From Candidatus Velthaea sp. (GTDB lineage Bacteria > Vulcanimicrobiota > Vulcanimicrobiia > Vulcanimicrobiales > Vulcanimicrobiaceae): DNA of 20,067 nucleotides. The notes under the pieces are model-generated. The model was not told the DNA's origin, made no database searches, and was given only the letters and a program-made list of their open reading frames with translations. Position numbers and translations under genes: made by a program. Below are positions 1 through 9,166 of the stretch, piece after piece. The stretch covers positions 1 to 20,067 of the forward strand of contig JBEKHC010000092.1 in the NCBI GenBank assembly GCA_050012475.1. Reading direction: 5' to 3'. Positions within the stretch are counted from its first letter, which is position 1; each line of letters opens with the position of its first letter.

Positions 1-1779
1 GCACAAACACAAACGAGCAACGCGCCGCCCCCGAGTGCGCCAAATGCGGGAAATACGTCAAATTGGGGGAGCGCGCTGCTCTGGAATGGTCTGCAATCGT
101 ACGTGAGATGCGACGGTTCGCAGGAGTCTCCCGGGCTTTATACATGGTACGTCAAGGTTGTGAACCAGACGACGAACTCCGTTCCGTTCGAGTGGTCGAT
201 GAGTGTGCTCGGCTCGGCGAACTATGCGACGGCAGGCCAGGGGAGCACCGGATGGAGTTCTGCGCTTACTCTCGCTGGCGCGGGCACGTATTATGGATCG
301 GGCGCGATTTCGACCGTTTGCTCGAATGGGGCCGGCGTCCAAGTTGGCCTACAGGCTCCACCCGCGGCTATCGCAGCGCCCCCGACTCGCGTTCCGCCGG
401 TCGTAATCGTGACACCCCCGCCACCCCTCACGCCAACGCCCGTGCCGGCTGCCAATAACGATAAACTCATCATCCTAAGCGCGGCCGAGCGAGCATTGCA
501 ATACTGGCGCCCGCGCATTGCGAACCTAACTGATTTAACGCAACGTGCTAACGTGCTCATGCAACAATCTCCCACGTTTCCGGATAACCGGTACGGCGCC
601 GGGTGGGCGGTTGTCGATTATTTCGCGTGTTTTCAAGACGCACTTGTTAAGTACCGCCAGTTACAAAGTCTTATGCAGCAGACGTCAAACGCCTCGCCAG
701 AGACGATCGCTCAAATCGCCTCGGTGACCAATGACCTGAATGCCGACGCGAAGCAGGTCGCTGCCGCCGTCGATAATCTCAAGACACCTGCTGACGGCTT
801 TGGCCCACAATGTGTTAACCCGCTCGATAGCAGGGGCATTCAGGAGCCATCGCCGTCGGTGTCGCCGATGTGCGGGACCGTTCTCGGCTCAATTCCCGTT
901 CAAACGGATCCTGACGACGACAACTCAAATTTGCCCGTGCAGATGAGACTAGCTGCAGAAAATCATCAGTTGGGATCTGCCGAGCGACGATTCTCGGACG
1001 CCGTTGCGGCAATTGCGTCGCAGCCAACGCAATTTGCCCCAGGTTCGCTTGCCGATGCAGTTGATCGCGTGCTGCAAGAGATTCTGGCCGCGCAACAATA
1101 TAATTTTCAGATCCAAATGAGCATCTTGAACATCAAGCGAAACTACAACGAATTACAGCTTTTGAATGGCTTCCAGGCGGCACTCAACCGGGAGCGGGCC
1201 GCCGACTCATCGCTTGTGGCGATGCCGGCTTACAAGGCAGCTGTTGTTTTATACCGCGCAACCGCGATCCAGTCGTCGCCCCGATGGTCACGGCAAAGAG
1301 CGACCCAGTCCACAACCGTGCGCTCACCATTTACGCCGACTACGTCGACGTCAACAAAGTCGGCAATTGCACCCGCACCGCTTCACACGACATCTGGTCG
1401 AAAGCTCGTGTCGGATCCGCAAAGCCCTTCACTAGCGCACGCCACCGTCGCCCCGACACCCGTTCCCGGCTCCCCGGTGCATCCGCCGATACCGCAAGCG
1501 ACGCGCGTTGAGCGGTCGACTCCGGAACCGCAACCGACGCGCGTTGAGCGGTCGACCCCAGAGCCGCAAGCGACGCGCGTTGAGCGGGCAACTCCGGAAC
1601 CGCAGCCGACGCGCGTTGAGCAGTCGAGCCCGGAACCGCAATCAACGCCCGTGGAGCGGTCGACTCCGGAACCGCAAGCGACGCGCGTTGAGCGATCGAC
1701 CCCGGAACCGCAATCAACGCCCGTGGAGCGGTCGACTCCCGTCGAATGGCCGGCGCCGCGAGCGACACGTACCCCGTAA
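1..1779 (+). CDS. Hypothetical, probably secreted or surface multidomain protein (5'-truncated), Pro/Thr/Gln-rich with C-terminal 12-aa repeats
   Basis: Frame is open from base 1 (AQTQTSNAPPPSAPNAGNTSNWGSALLW...) to TAA at 1777-1779, so the true start lies left of the window. Trp/Tyr/Thr-rich N-region, poly-Pro linker, Gln/Ala helical region, then Pro/Thr tail and repeats. Confidence 0.8.
   Translation, partial: AQTQTSNAPPPSAPNAGNTSNWGSALLWNGLQSYVRCDGSQESPGLYTWYVKVVNQTTNSVPFEWSMSVLGSANYATAGQGSTGWSSALTLAGAGTYYGSGAISTVCSNGAGVQVGLQAPPAAIAAPPTRVPPVVIVTPPPPLTPTPVPAANNDKLIILSAAERALQYWRPRIANLTDLTQRANVLMQQSPTFPDNRYGAGWAVVDYFACFQDALVKYRQLQSLMQQTSNASPETIAQIASVTNDLNADAKQVAAAVDNLKTPADGFGPQCVNPLDSRGIQEPSPSVSPMCGTVLGSIPVQTDPDDDNSNLPVQMRLAAENHQLGSAERRFSDAVAAIASQPTQFAPGSLADAVDRVLQEILAAQQYNFQIQMSILNIKRNYNELQLLNGFQAALNRERAADSSLVAMPAYKAAVVLYRATAIQSSPRWSRQRATQSTTVRSPFTPTTSTSTKSAIAPAPLHTTSGRKLVSDPQSPSLAHATVAPTPVPGSPVHPPIPQATRVERSTPEPQPTRVERSTPEPQATRVERATPEPQPTRVEQSSPEPQSTPVERSTPEPQATRVERSTPEPQSTPVERSTPVEWPAPRATRTP
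1492..1743 (+). repeat. In-frame tandem repeat, 7 x 36 bp, encoding PQ(A/P/S)T(R/P)VE(R/Q)(S/A)(T/S)PE
   Basis: Units start at 1492, 1528, 1564, 1600, 1636, 1672 and 1708. They are contiguous with no spacers, and the last unit diverges at its end. Confidence 0.95.
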
Positions 1780-2119
1780 CTCGTTTTGGGTTAGTGTACA
1801 TGTGGCGCTTTTCGTAGCAAACGGATGGGCGTAGATACCCGTTTCTGCCGCCGAAGATTTCGCCTTCGAGAAGACGGACGGCTCGGAGGCCGTGATCGAT
1901 GCCTCCCGCGCGCGCGCTCTCATCGTGGAACCGAAAGACCGCACGACGAGGCGATGTGGGGTGCGCGATCTGATTTGACGAGCCTCCGATTCTGATTTGG
2001 CCCCTAAGCAAGAGAAGGTCGGGTTCAGGCTGATCGAGCGATCGCTCGGAAGCGGTCACACAATTGTGCCGTATATAGAAGTGGGGGGACTCGGCATGCC
2101 AGCAAACCAAATCGCCCTC

Positions 2120-2147
2120 GCAGATCTCTCTTTGCAGATCTCTCTTT
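2120..2147. repeat. Perfect 14-bp tandem duplication GCAGATCTCTCTTT
   Basis: Copies at 2120-2133 and 2134-2147, just upstream of GGAGG at 2151-2155. Confidence 0.9.
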
Positions 2148-2157
2148 AGTGGAGGGG

Positions 2158-4812
2158 GTGAAGGCGGTGAAGGCGCGTCTCGTGTTTCCGATCCTTGGCG
2201 CGATCTTGGGCGTGTTGAGCGTTTGCGCGGCGGGTGCCGTCGAGCCGCCGTTCTCGTTCGCAACCGCTGCGGGCAATCTGCCCAAGACGGTGCGTCCGCT
2301 CGGCTACCGGATAGCTCTCGTTCCAGATCCCAAGCACCTCACGCTCAGCGGTCGAGAAACGGTCACGTTCGACGTGCTGGCACCGACGAATAGGCTCGTT
2401 TTCAACGCCGTCAACATGCGCTACACGTTTGCAACGATCGACGGCCATGATGCGGTCTCGATCGCACCCGACGACACCGTGCAGCGCACGACTTTGAAGA
2501 CGCGCACGATATTGCATCGCGGGCGCCACACGCTCGCGCTGGCGTTCACCGGGAAGATGGAGACGACCGGACAAGGCCTCTTCTTGCAGCCGTACAAAAC
2601 GCCCGAGGGCGGTAAGGGCGCGCTGATCTCGACCCAATTCGAGTCGGCCGACGCGCGCCGGATGTTCCCGTGCTGGGACGAGCCTGCGTTCAAGGCGACC
2701 TTCGTACTGACCATGACCGTGCCGGCGAGTTGGCGCGCCGTCGGCAACATGCCCATTGTGCATCGCGTGGTCAACGGTTCGATGCAGACGCTGACCTTCG
2801 GACGTACGCCGGTCATGTCGTCATATCTCGTCGAGTTGACGGCCGGTGATCTCGGGCACATCGACGGGATCGACGCGAACGGAACCAAGCACGAGGTCTG
2901 GGCGGTGCGCGGTCAGCAAACGCAGGGGGCCTATGCGCTCGCGAATTCGCAGCGCATCCTTGAAGCCTATAATACCTACTTCGGCATTCCGTTTCCGCTG
3001 CCGCGCATGGCCTCGATCGCGATTCCCGGCGGTTTTGGCGGCGCGATGGAAAATTGGGGCGCGATTACGTACAACGACAGCATCTTGCTCGTGCCGCCCG
3101 GTTCGCCCGACAGTCAAAAGCAAGGCATCTACAGCGTACAGGCGCACGAGATGGCCCATCAGTGGTTCGGTGATTTGGTGACGATGGGCTGGTGGGATGA
3201 TATCTGGCTCAACGAAAGCTTTGCCTCGTGGATGTCGGCGCGTCAGACCGATGTTGCGAATCCGTCGTGGCAATGGTGGCAGCACGAGGATGCCGAGAAA
3301 GAGTACGCGATGAACGCCGATGCTCAGCTCACGTCGCATCCGATCTTCCAACCCGTCACAAACGAACTCGAATCGGAAGCCTCGATGGATCCCGCAATCA
3401 CATACGACAAGGGTCAAGCCTTCTTGCGCATGACCGAGCAGTACCTGGGTGCCAAAACGTTCCGCACCGGAATCCAGGCGTACATGCGGGCGCACAAATA
3501 CTCGAACACGACGAGCACCGACTTGTGGCGAGCACTCGGGCGGGCCAGCGGGAAAGATATCGCGACCTACGCGGATAGCTGGATCTATCAGCCCGGCTTT
3601 CCGCTCGCGACCGTCAACGCCGCGTGCGATGCGACCGGCAAACGCACGCTAAGCGTCGCGCAGTCGCGCTTTCTCTTCACCGGTACGCACCCCCAGCTGC
3701 AGCGCTGGCAGATTCCGCTGGGCATCGCGTCGGGTGCGCACGCTGCGCCAGCGTATACGCTGCTGACCCGTGCAGCCCAGTCCGGCGTTACCGCCGGTCG
3801 CTGCGGCGACCCGCTGCTGGTGAACTCCGGCGCCCGCGGACTGTACCGGGTGCAGTACGATGCAGCGACACTGGCGGCGAACACGGCGAATTTTGCGGCC
3901 TTCTCGAGCGACGATCGCATCGCACTGCTCGACGATCAGTGGGCCTTGACCAAAGCCGGGAAAGACAATCTGGCGGATTTCTTGGCACTCGTTGCCGAAA
4001 TGGGAAGCGACCGCGACGCGCGCGAATGGTCAATCGTCGCGGAAGCGTTCACGACGATCGAACGCGACGAGCGCGGGACACTGGGTCACGACGCGTTCAA
4101 CGCGTATGCGCGGCGCGTCTTCGCTCCGATCGCGGCAAAATTAGGCTGGGATGCCAAGCCCGACGACACCGAACCGACCGTCGAGTTGCGCCAAACGGTG
4201 CTCGCAGCGCTCGGTCAGTTCGCCGATCCGGACACCATCGCTGTGGCGCGCGCGCGTTTTGCCGCGTTTCTCAAAGATCCTAAATCGTTGAGCCCGAACG
4301 CACAGTCGACCGTCTTCACCATCGTGGGCACGTATGCAGACCGCGCGACGTTCGATCAGCTGCATGCCGTCGCGAAGAGCGCCGGCAATACCGGCGCGTT
4401 CTATCGGACCTACGGTGCGTTGGCTGCGGTGATCGATCCGGCGTTGGCTCGGGACGTGCTCGCGATTGTTGCTTCGAGCGAAATCCCGCCGCAAGCCAAT
4501 TGGCTGCGCTTGGAGATGGTTAGGACCGTAGCGGAGCGGCATCCCAAGCCGGCATTCGAATTTTTTATCAACAATACGGCGATCATCTTCTCGACGCTCA
4601 CCCCGCTAGGCTGGGTGTTCGGCGCGCAGTCGCTGCCGTCGAGCTTTCGCGATGCCGCTCCCCTCGGCGAGGTGGCGGCCACGATCAAACGTCGTGCGCC
4701 CAAGGGCTCCGACATCTTCATTCAGCGGGGCGTAGCACGCGCGCAATTCGAGTTGATGCTTCAGGCCCGGCTCGACGAAGAAGCCAAGACCGCGATCGCT
4801 AAGGCGCGTTAG
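2158..4812 (+). CDS. pepN: M1 family Zn aminopeptidase (PepN/ERAP1-like) with N-terminal signal peptide
   Basis: GAMEN motif (GGAMENWG), HEMAH-x18-E zinc motif and YDKG catalytic Tyr. The N-terminus is basic then hydrophobic and ends in AAGA. The start is uncertain among GTG 2149, 2158 and 2167; GGAGG lies at 2151-2155. Confidence 0.93.
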   Translation: MKAVKARLVFPILGAILGVLSVCAAGAVEPPFSFATAAGNLPKTVRPLGYRIALVPDPKHLTLSGRETVTFDVLAPTNRLVFNAVNMRYTFATIDGHDAVSIAPDDTVQRTTLKTRTILHRGRHTLALAFTGKMETTGQGLFLQPYKTPEGGKGALISTQFESADARRMFPCWDEPAFKATFVLTMTVPASWRAVGNMPIVHRVVNGSMQTLTFGRTPVMSSYLVELTAGDLGHIDGIDANGTKHEVWAVRGQQTQGAYALANSQRILEAYNTYFGIPFPLPRMASIAIPGGFGGAMENWGAITYNDSILLVPPGSPDSQKQGIYSVQAHEMAHQWFGDLVTMGWWDDIWLNESFASWMSARQTDVANPSWQWWQHEDAEKEYAMNADAQLTSHPIFQPVTNELESEASMDPAITYDKGQAFLRMTEQYLGAKTFRTGIQAYMRAHKYSNTTSTDLWRALGRASGKDIATYADSWIYQPGFPLATVNAACDATGKRTLSVAQSRFLFTGTHPQLQRWQIPLGIASGAHAAPAYTLLTRAAQSGVTAGRCGDPLLVNSGARGLYRVQYDAATLAANTANFAAFSSDDRIALLDDQWALTKAGKDNLADFLALVAEMGSDRDAREWSIVAEAFTTIERDERGTLGHDAFNAYARRVFAPIAAKLGWDAKPDDTEPTVELRQTVLAALGQFADPDTIAVARARFAAFLKDPKSLSPNAQSTVFTIVGTYADRATFDQLHAVAKSAGNTGAFYRTYGALAAVIDPALARDVLAIVASSEIPPQANWLRLEMVRTVAERHPKPAFEFFINNTAIIFSTLTPLGWVFGAQSLPSSFRDAAPLGEVAATIKRRAPKGSDIFIQRGVARAQFELMLQARLDEEAKTAIAKAR

Positions 4813-4956
4813 TCTGCCCGATCGTCAATCGAGCTGACTTGGAGCCGTACATAACCGGCGAGCCATGGACCGCGAAGCATCGTTGCCGGCTTGGCTCGCG
4901 AAGCGAACAGGTGATCCGGACGTGGCGGCTTCGGTAGCCTTTGCGAAACGCTCACC

Positions 4957-5097
4957 GTGAACGAACTCAAGGATTTGTATGTCGCGAGCGTCGGCGCGGC
5001 TGCGGCGCTGCTGTTCCTTGCCGTTACCTTCGCGCGGACCTGCGCAGCGCTTCCCCGGATCAGCTGGCGACGGAGAACGCGGAGTCGGTCACCATAA
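4957..5097 (+). pseudogene. Possible N-terminal remnant of a small membrane protein
   Basis: Reads VNELKDLYVASVGAAAALLFLAVTFA..., a single hydrophobic helix, then runs into the convergent SDR stop. Confidence 0.3.
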
Positions 5098-5856
5098 GCT
5101 GTAGCCTCCATCGACTACGATCACCGCACCGGTCATGAAGCTGGAGGCTTCCGATGCGAGATAGACGACCGTCGGGCCAAGTTCTTCGGGCCGGCCGGGA
5201 CGCAGCATGGGCGTGTCTTCGATCCAATAGCGATGGAACTTCGGGTCGTCGACGGGTGACATGGCGGTCGCGATGTAGCCGGGTGCGATCGCGTTGACGC
5301 GAACGTTGTACGGCGCCCACTCCGCCGCCAGCGAGCGCGTCAGATGGTGAACGGCAGCCTTCGAGGCATTGTATGCGGGCTGGAACTGCGGCCGATTGAC
5401 GATCGCTGCCGACATCGAGCCGATATTGATGATAACACCTGCTCGGCGCTCGACCATCGTGCGTCCGATGATCTGCGAGCAGTACCACAGCCCATGGACG
5501 TTGACGTCGAACACACTGTGCCATTCCTCGTCGGGTACGTCGATGGCCGGGCGATGGTAACACACCCCCGCGTTGTTGACCAAGATGTCGATCGGGCCGA
5601 GTTGCGCGCCGACGTCCTTCACGAGGGCTTCAATCTGGTCGCGATCGGTAACGTCGAGCGGAACGGCGATCGCGCTGCCACCGCTTGCCACGATCTCAGC
5701 AGCAGCCGCGCGGCAGCCGTCGATATCGCGCGCACCGATGACGACGTGCGCGCCGGCCTCGGCCAGCGCGCGCGCGAGGCTGACGCCGATTCCGGTGCGG
5801 CCACCGGTGACCAGCGCGACTTTGCCCGTGACTTTGAAGCTGTCGAAGAGCGCCAT
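5089..5856 (-). CDS. SDR family polyol dehydrogenase, galactitol 2-dehydrogenase/ketose reductase-like
   Basis: TGGRTGIG, NNAG and YNASK motifs. GSMSAAIVNRPQF and the DGGYSLW C-terminus match my recollection of Rhodobacter galactitol dehydrogenase. ATG at 5856 has GAGG upstream. Confidence 0.9.
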   Translation of the reverse strand: MALFDSFKVTGKVALVTGGRTGIGVSLARALAEAGAHVVIGARDIDGCRAAAAEIVASGGSAIAVPLDVTDRDQIEALVKDVGAQLGPIDILVNNAGVCYHRPAIDVPDEEWHSVFDVNVHGLWYCSQIIGRTMVERRAGVIINIGSMSAAIVNRPQFQPAYNASKAAVHHLTRSLAAEWAPYNVRVNAIAPGYIATAMSPVDDPKFHRYWIEDTPMLRPGRPEELGPTVVYLASEASSFMTGAVIVVDGGYSLW

Positions 5857-5875
5857 TGTACCCTCATGCCCCGCG

Positions 5876-5905
5876 ATCGGGTGCAACCCAAAGGCGGCAC
5901 CCGAT
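5876..5905. other. Intercistronic stem-loop (9-bp stem)
   Basis: ATCGGGTGC at 5876-5884 pairs with GCACCCGAT at 5897-5905, between the two dehydrogenase genes. Confidence 0.55.
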
Positions 5906-5923
5906 TCCAAATGAATTTCGCAA

Positions 5924-6946
5924 CTACGCCCCAACCGGATGTTGCTGTGGGTGAATGATCGCCTTTACCGAGTCGGTGACGCGTTCGCCGATTGTAAGCG
6001 CTTCGGCCGTTTGGTCGAGCGTGAAGCGGTGCGTGATCAACGGCATGACGTCAACGCGGCCCGAAGCGACGAGTTCGATCGCGATCGGCCAGGTGTTGTT
6101 GTAGCGGTTGACCGTCCCGATGGTGAGCTCGTTGGGGTTGAGCTGCGCGAGCGGCAGCCCGATGAGATCCTCTTTCGACATGCCGACCATGGCGGCGCGT
6201 CCGGCCGGCCGCAGCCGGCGCATCCCCGCCGCGAGCACCCCCGGCGCGCCCGAGCACTCGATGAGCACATCAAAGTCGTTTTCTGACGGCGCGTCGCTGC
6301 GCTCGGTCTTGAAGCCCATGGACTCGGCCAGTCCGAGCCGAAAGTCCGAAACGTCGGTAATCGTCACGGTCCGCGCGCCGAAAGCTCGAGCCGCCGAAGC
6401 CGACACGAGGCCGATTGGGCCGGCGCCCGTCACGAGAACGTCGTCTCCGGGCATCAGGCCCGCGCGCTTGCAGGCCCAGATCCCCACCGACAGCGGTTCG
6501 AGCAGCGCAGCTTGTTCGAACGTCATGGAATTGGGAATCGGAAAGAGATTGCGCGAGTCGATGAGCATGTGCTCGAGCAGCGCGCCGTCGTACGGCGGGG
6601 TTGCGAGGAACACCAGATCCGGACACAGATGATAGCGCCCGGCGCGGCACTCGCGGCAGTTGCGGCACGGCGTTCCCGGCTCGATGGCGACGCGATCTCC
6701 CGGCGCGACGTTGCTGACCTCGCTGCCCACCGTCTCGACAACGCCGGACGTTTCGTGGCCGAGGATGATCGGTCCATTCACGATGTAGTCGCCGATCCGG
6801 CCGCGGACGAAGTAGGAATGGTCGGATCCGCAAACACCGACCGCCTCGATTCTGACGACGGCGTCATGCGGACCGGGTTCGGGTATTGCGCGATCCTCAA
6901 TCCGGATCTCGTTGAGGGCGGTCATCACTGCGGCACGGTTCGGCAT
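5924..6946 (-). CDS. Zn-dependent NAD polyol dehydrogenase (sorbitol/xylitol dehydrogenase family, MDR)
   Basis: CGSD, GHE-x2-G, structural Zn motif CxxCxxCx7C, LxEPLSVG and GAGPIG. ATG at 6946 has AGGAG upstream. Confidence 0.93.
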   Translation of the reverse strand: MPNRAAVMTALNEIRIEDRAIPEPGPHDAVVRIEAVGVCGSDHSYFVRGRIGDYIVNGPIILGHETSGVVETVGSEVSNVAPGDRVAIEPGTPCRNCRECRAGRYHLCPDLVFLATPPYDGALLEHMLIDSRNLFPIPNSMTFEQAALLEPLSVGIWACKRAGLMPGDDVLVTGAGPIGLVSASAARAFGARTVTITDVSDFRLGLAESMGFKTERSDAPSENDFDVLIECSGAPGVLAAGMRRLRPAGRAAMVGMSKEDLIGLPLAQLNPNELTIGTVNRYNNTWPIAIELVASGRVDVMPLITHRFTLDQTAEALTIGERVTDSVKAIIHPQQHPVGA

Positions 6947-6980
6947 GACATTTTTCTCCTCAGAGGTGGTAGTTCGGAGT

Positions 6981-8237
6981 CTAGGCGCGTCCATGAGACG
7001 CGCGGGATCTGCGCGCGAGAGAGTCGACGATGACGGCAATCGCAAGCACCGCACCGGTGATCATGTAGCGCAGGGAAGACGAGAGATCGAGCAGCGTCAG
7101 CCCGCTGGCGATCGATTGGATGACGATGATGCCGAGCAGCGCGGAATAGGCGCTTCCCCGTCCGCCGAACAGGCTCGTTCCGCCAATTACCGCCGCTGAA
7201 ATGGCATTGAGATTGACGTCGCCGGTGCCGGCTTGCTGACTGGCCGAAGCGAGCCGCACAGCGCTGAGCACGCCGCCGAGCGCCGCAAACGCCGAGCAAA
7301 GGACGAACGCGCTGGCGTAGATGAGTCCGACATTGATGCCGGCGCGACGCGCCGCCTCGCGGTTGCCGCCGACAGCTGCCATCGATCGGCCCCATTGCGT
7401 GCGGGTCAGTGCGTAGTTCATCACGAGCACGAGGCCGCCGAAGAGACCGAACATCCATGGCACGCCGCGGTCGCGGTTAAGATACGCAACGATCAGTTCG
7501 AGCACCACCAAAATAGCAGCCGCGCGGACGAGCAGCTGCGGCAATGTGCTCGAAGACAACCCGGCGGCGCGGCGGCGGGCTGCATTGTTGAACCCCGATC
7601 CGAACAGGCCGAGCGCGGCAAGCGCTGCGATGACGTACGCGACGGCGTGCGGCATGCAATACAACTGGCCGAAATTGACCAAGGCGGAGCCATACGGCAG
7701 ATTGATCGATCCGCCCTGACCCAGCAAATACAGCTGCAATCCAAGCACCGCGAGCAGGCCGGCCAAAGTCGCGATGAAACTCGGCATGCCAAATCGGTTA
7801 AACAACAGTGCGTACACCGCGCCGATCGCTCCGCCGGCCGTAAGCGCGGCGAGTATGGCGAGAAGCACCGGCCAATTCGCGTTTACCCACAGCACGCCGA
7901 GCACCGCGGAGGCAAGGCCGCTCACCGAGCCCACGGACAGGTCGATCTCGCCGACCATTAAGACGCAAACGATGCCCAGTGAGATGACGCCGACGGTGGA
8001 GCAATCAAAGAGCAGATTGACGAGGTTGTTGCTCGAGAGAAAAATCGGATTGAGGCTCTGGAAGACCGTCCAGATGATGACCAGGCCGACAACGACCGGC
8101 AATTGGCCGAGATCGCCCGAGCGAACGCGGTCCCAAAAGGCGCGAACGGTCCCGCCGACTCCGGCCTCGTGGTGAACGCGTTCGTCGCCGCGGTCGAGGA
8201 GCGGAGGCGCCGGCACCTCGCCCTTGCCGACGCTCAC
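6981..8237 (-). CDS. Sugar ABC transporter permease (XylH-like, CUT2)
   Basis: Multiple TM segments with GEIDLSVGS, PSFIATLAG, GGNREAARRAGI and AAVIGGTSLFGG. GTG start overlaps the ATPase stop. Confidence 0.95.
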   Translation of the reverse strand: MSVGKGEVPAPPLLDRGDERVHHEAGVGGTVRAFWDRVRSGDLGQLPVVVGLVIIWTVFQSLNPIFLSSNNLVNLLFDCSTVGVISLGIVCVLMVGEIDLSVGSVSGLASAVLGVLWVNANWPVLLAILAALTAGGAIGAVYALLFNRFGMPSFIATLAGLLAVLGLQLYLLGQGGSINLPYGSALVNFGQLYCMPHAVAYVIAALAALGLFGSGFNNAARRRAAGLSSSTLPQLLVRAAAILVVLELIVAYLNRDRGVPWMFGLFGGLVLVMNYALTRTQWGRSMAAVGGNREAARRAGINVGLIYASAFVLCSAFAALGGVLSAVRLASASQQAGTGDVNLNAISAAVIGGTSLFGGRGSAYSALLGIIVIQSIASGLTLLDLSSSLRYMITGAVLAIAVIVDSLARRSRASHGRA

Positions 8238-9055
8238 GTTTGATCGCCCAGCGAAGCTTCTGCGTGCGCCTGACGCCGGTTGGACCGGCGGGAGACGGAA
8301 TTGTCCGAAGCCCCGGTAATCGCGCTCACGAGCTCTTCGTTCGACGTGTCCGGATAGAAGATACCGTTATTTCGTCCGAGGCGCAGCACGACGATTCGAT
8401 CGGCCACCGCCCGGACGTCTTCCATGTTATGGCTGATCATGACGACGCCCAAGCCGCGGTCGCGAACGCGCTCGATCAGGTTCAGCACCTCAGCGGTCTG
8501 CGCGACGCCGAGTGCTGCCGTCGGCTCGTCGAGGATGATGATCTTTGGGTTGAGCAGCAATGACCGGGCAATTGCGACGGTCTGGCGCTGACCGCCCGAG
8601 AGCGACGCGACCGGGATGCGGACGCTGGGGATGCGGGCCGATAGCTCGCGTAACAACGTCCACGCCCGCGTTTCCATGGCGACCTCGTCCATGCGCATCG
8701 GGATGAGTTCCTGGCCCAGGAAGATATTCGCGACGACATCCAAATTCTCGCATAGCGCAAGATCTTGAAACACGGTGGCAATGCCGAGCGTCAGCGACGC
8801 GCTCGGATCGGTAACGGTCACCGGTCGGCCCGCGAACGTCATCGTACCGGCGTCGGGAGGATGCACGCCGGCGAGAACCTTTACCAAGGTCGACTTGCCG
8901 GCACCGTTGTCGCCGACGAGCGCGACGACTTCACCGGCCCGGACGTCGAGATCGATGTTGGTCAGCGCGGATACGGCGCCAAAGCTCTTGGAGATGCCGC
9001 GCAGACTGAGCACCACCTCGCCCGCAGGCGCCGGTCGCTGCAGTGCATCCGTCAT
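8234..9055 (-). CDS. Sugar ABC transporter ATP-binding protein (single NBD)
   Basis: Walker A GDNGAGKST, signature LSGGQ, Walker B IILDEPT and ISH switch. Confidence 0.95.
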   Translation of the reverse strand: MTDALQRPAPAGEVVLSLRGISKSFGAVSALTNIDLDVRAGEVVALVGDNGAGKSTLVKVLAGVHPPDAGTMTFAGRPVTVTDPSASLTLGIATVFQDLALCENLDVVANIFLGQELIPMRMDEVAMETRAWTLLRELSARIPSVRIPVASLSGGQRQTVAIARSLLLNPKIIILDEPTAALGVAQTAEVLNLIERVRDRGLGVVMISHNMEDVRAVADRIVVLRLGRNNGIFYPDTSNEELVSAITGASDNSVSRRSNRRQAHAEASLGDQT

Positions 9056-9118
9056 GCGTCGTCGTGCAACGTGTCGATCATATGGTTCCCATGATGCGCC
9101 TATACATCCGTGAACGGA

Positions 9119-9162
9119 AAGCGTCCGGCAACAGTATTCGCGAGCGCCGTTGCCGGACGCTT
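9119..9162 (-). terminator. Intercistronic hairpin after the binding-protein gene (partial terminator or mRNA stabiliser)
   Basis: Perfect 14-bp inverted repeat, AAGCGTCCGGCAAC at 9119-9132 and GTTGCCGGACGCTT at 9149-9162, starting 4 nt after the SBP stop. Only a short U-run follows. Confidence 0.7.
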
Positions 9163-9166
9163 GGGA

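Noticed and set aside
1492..1743. CRISPR array (36-bp periodicity)
   Set aside because: Units are contiguous with no unique spacers, they are in frame within a CDS, and no cas genes are present.
1834..1978. Short + frame IPVSAAEDFAFEKTDGSEAVIDASRARALIVEPKD
   Set aside because: Looks protein-like but has no start or SD and matches no family I recognise; at most a remnant.
1340..2263. 307-aa minus-strand ORF
   Set aside because: Antisense shadow of the repeat region and the pepN start, with no recognisable motifs.
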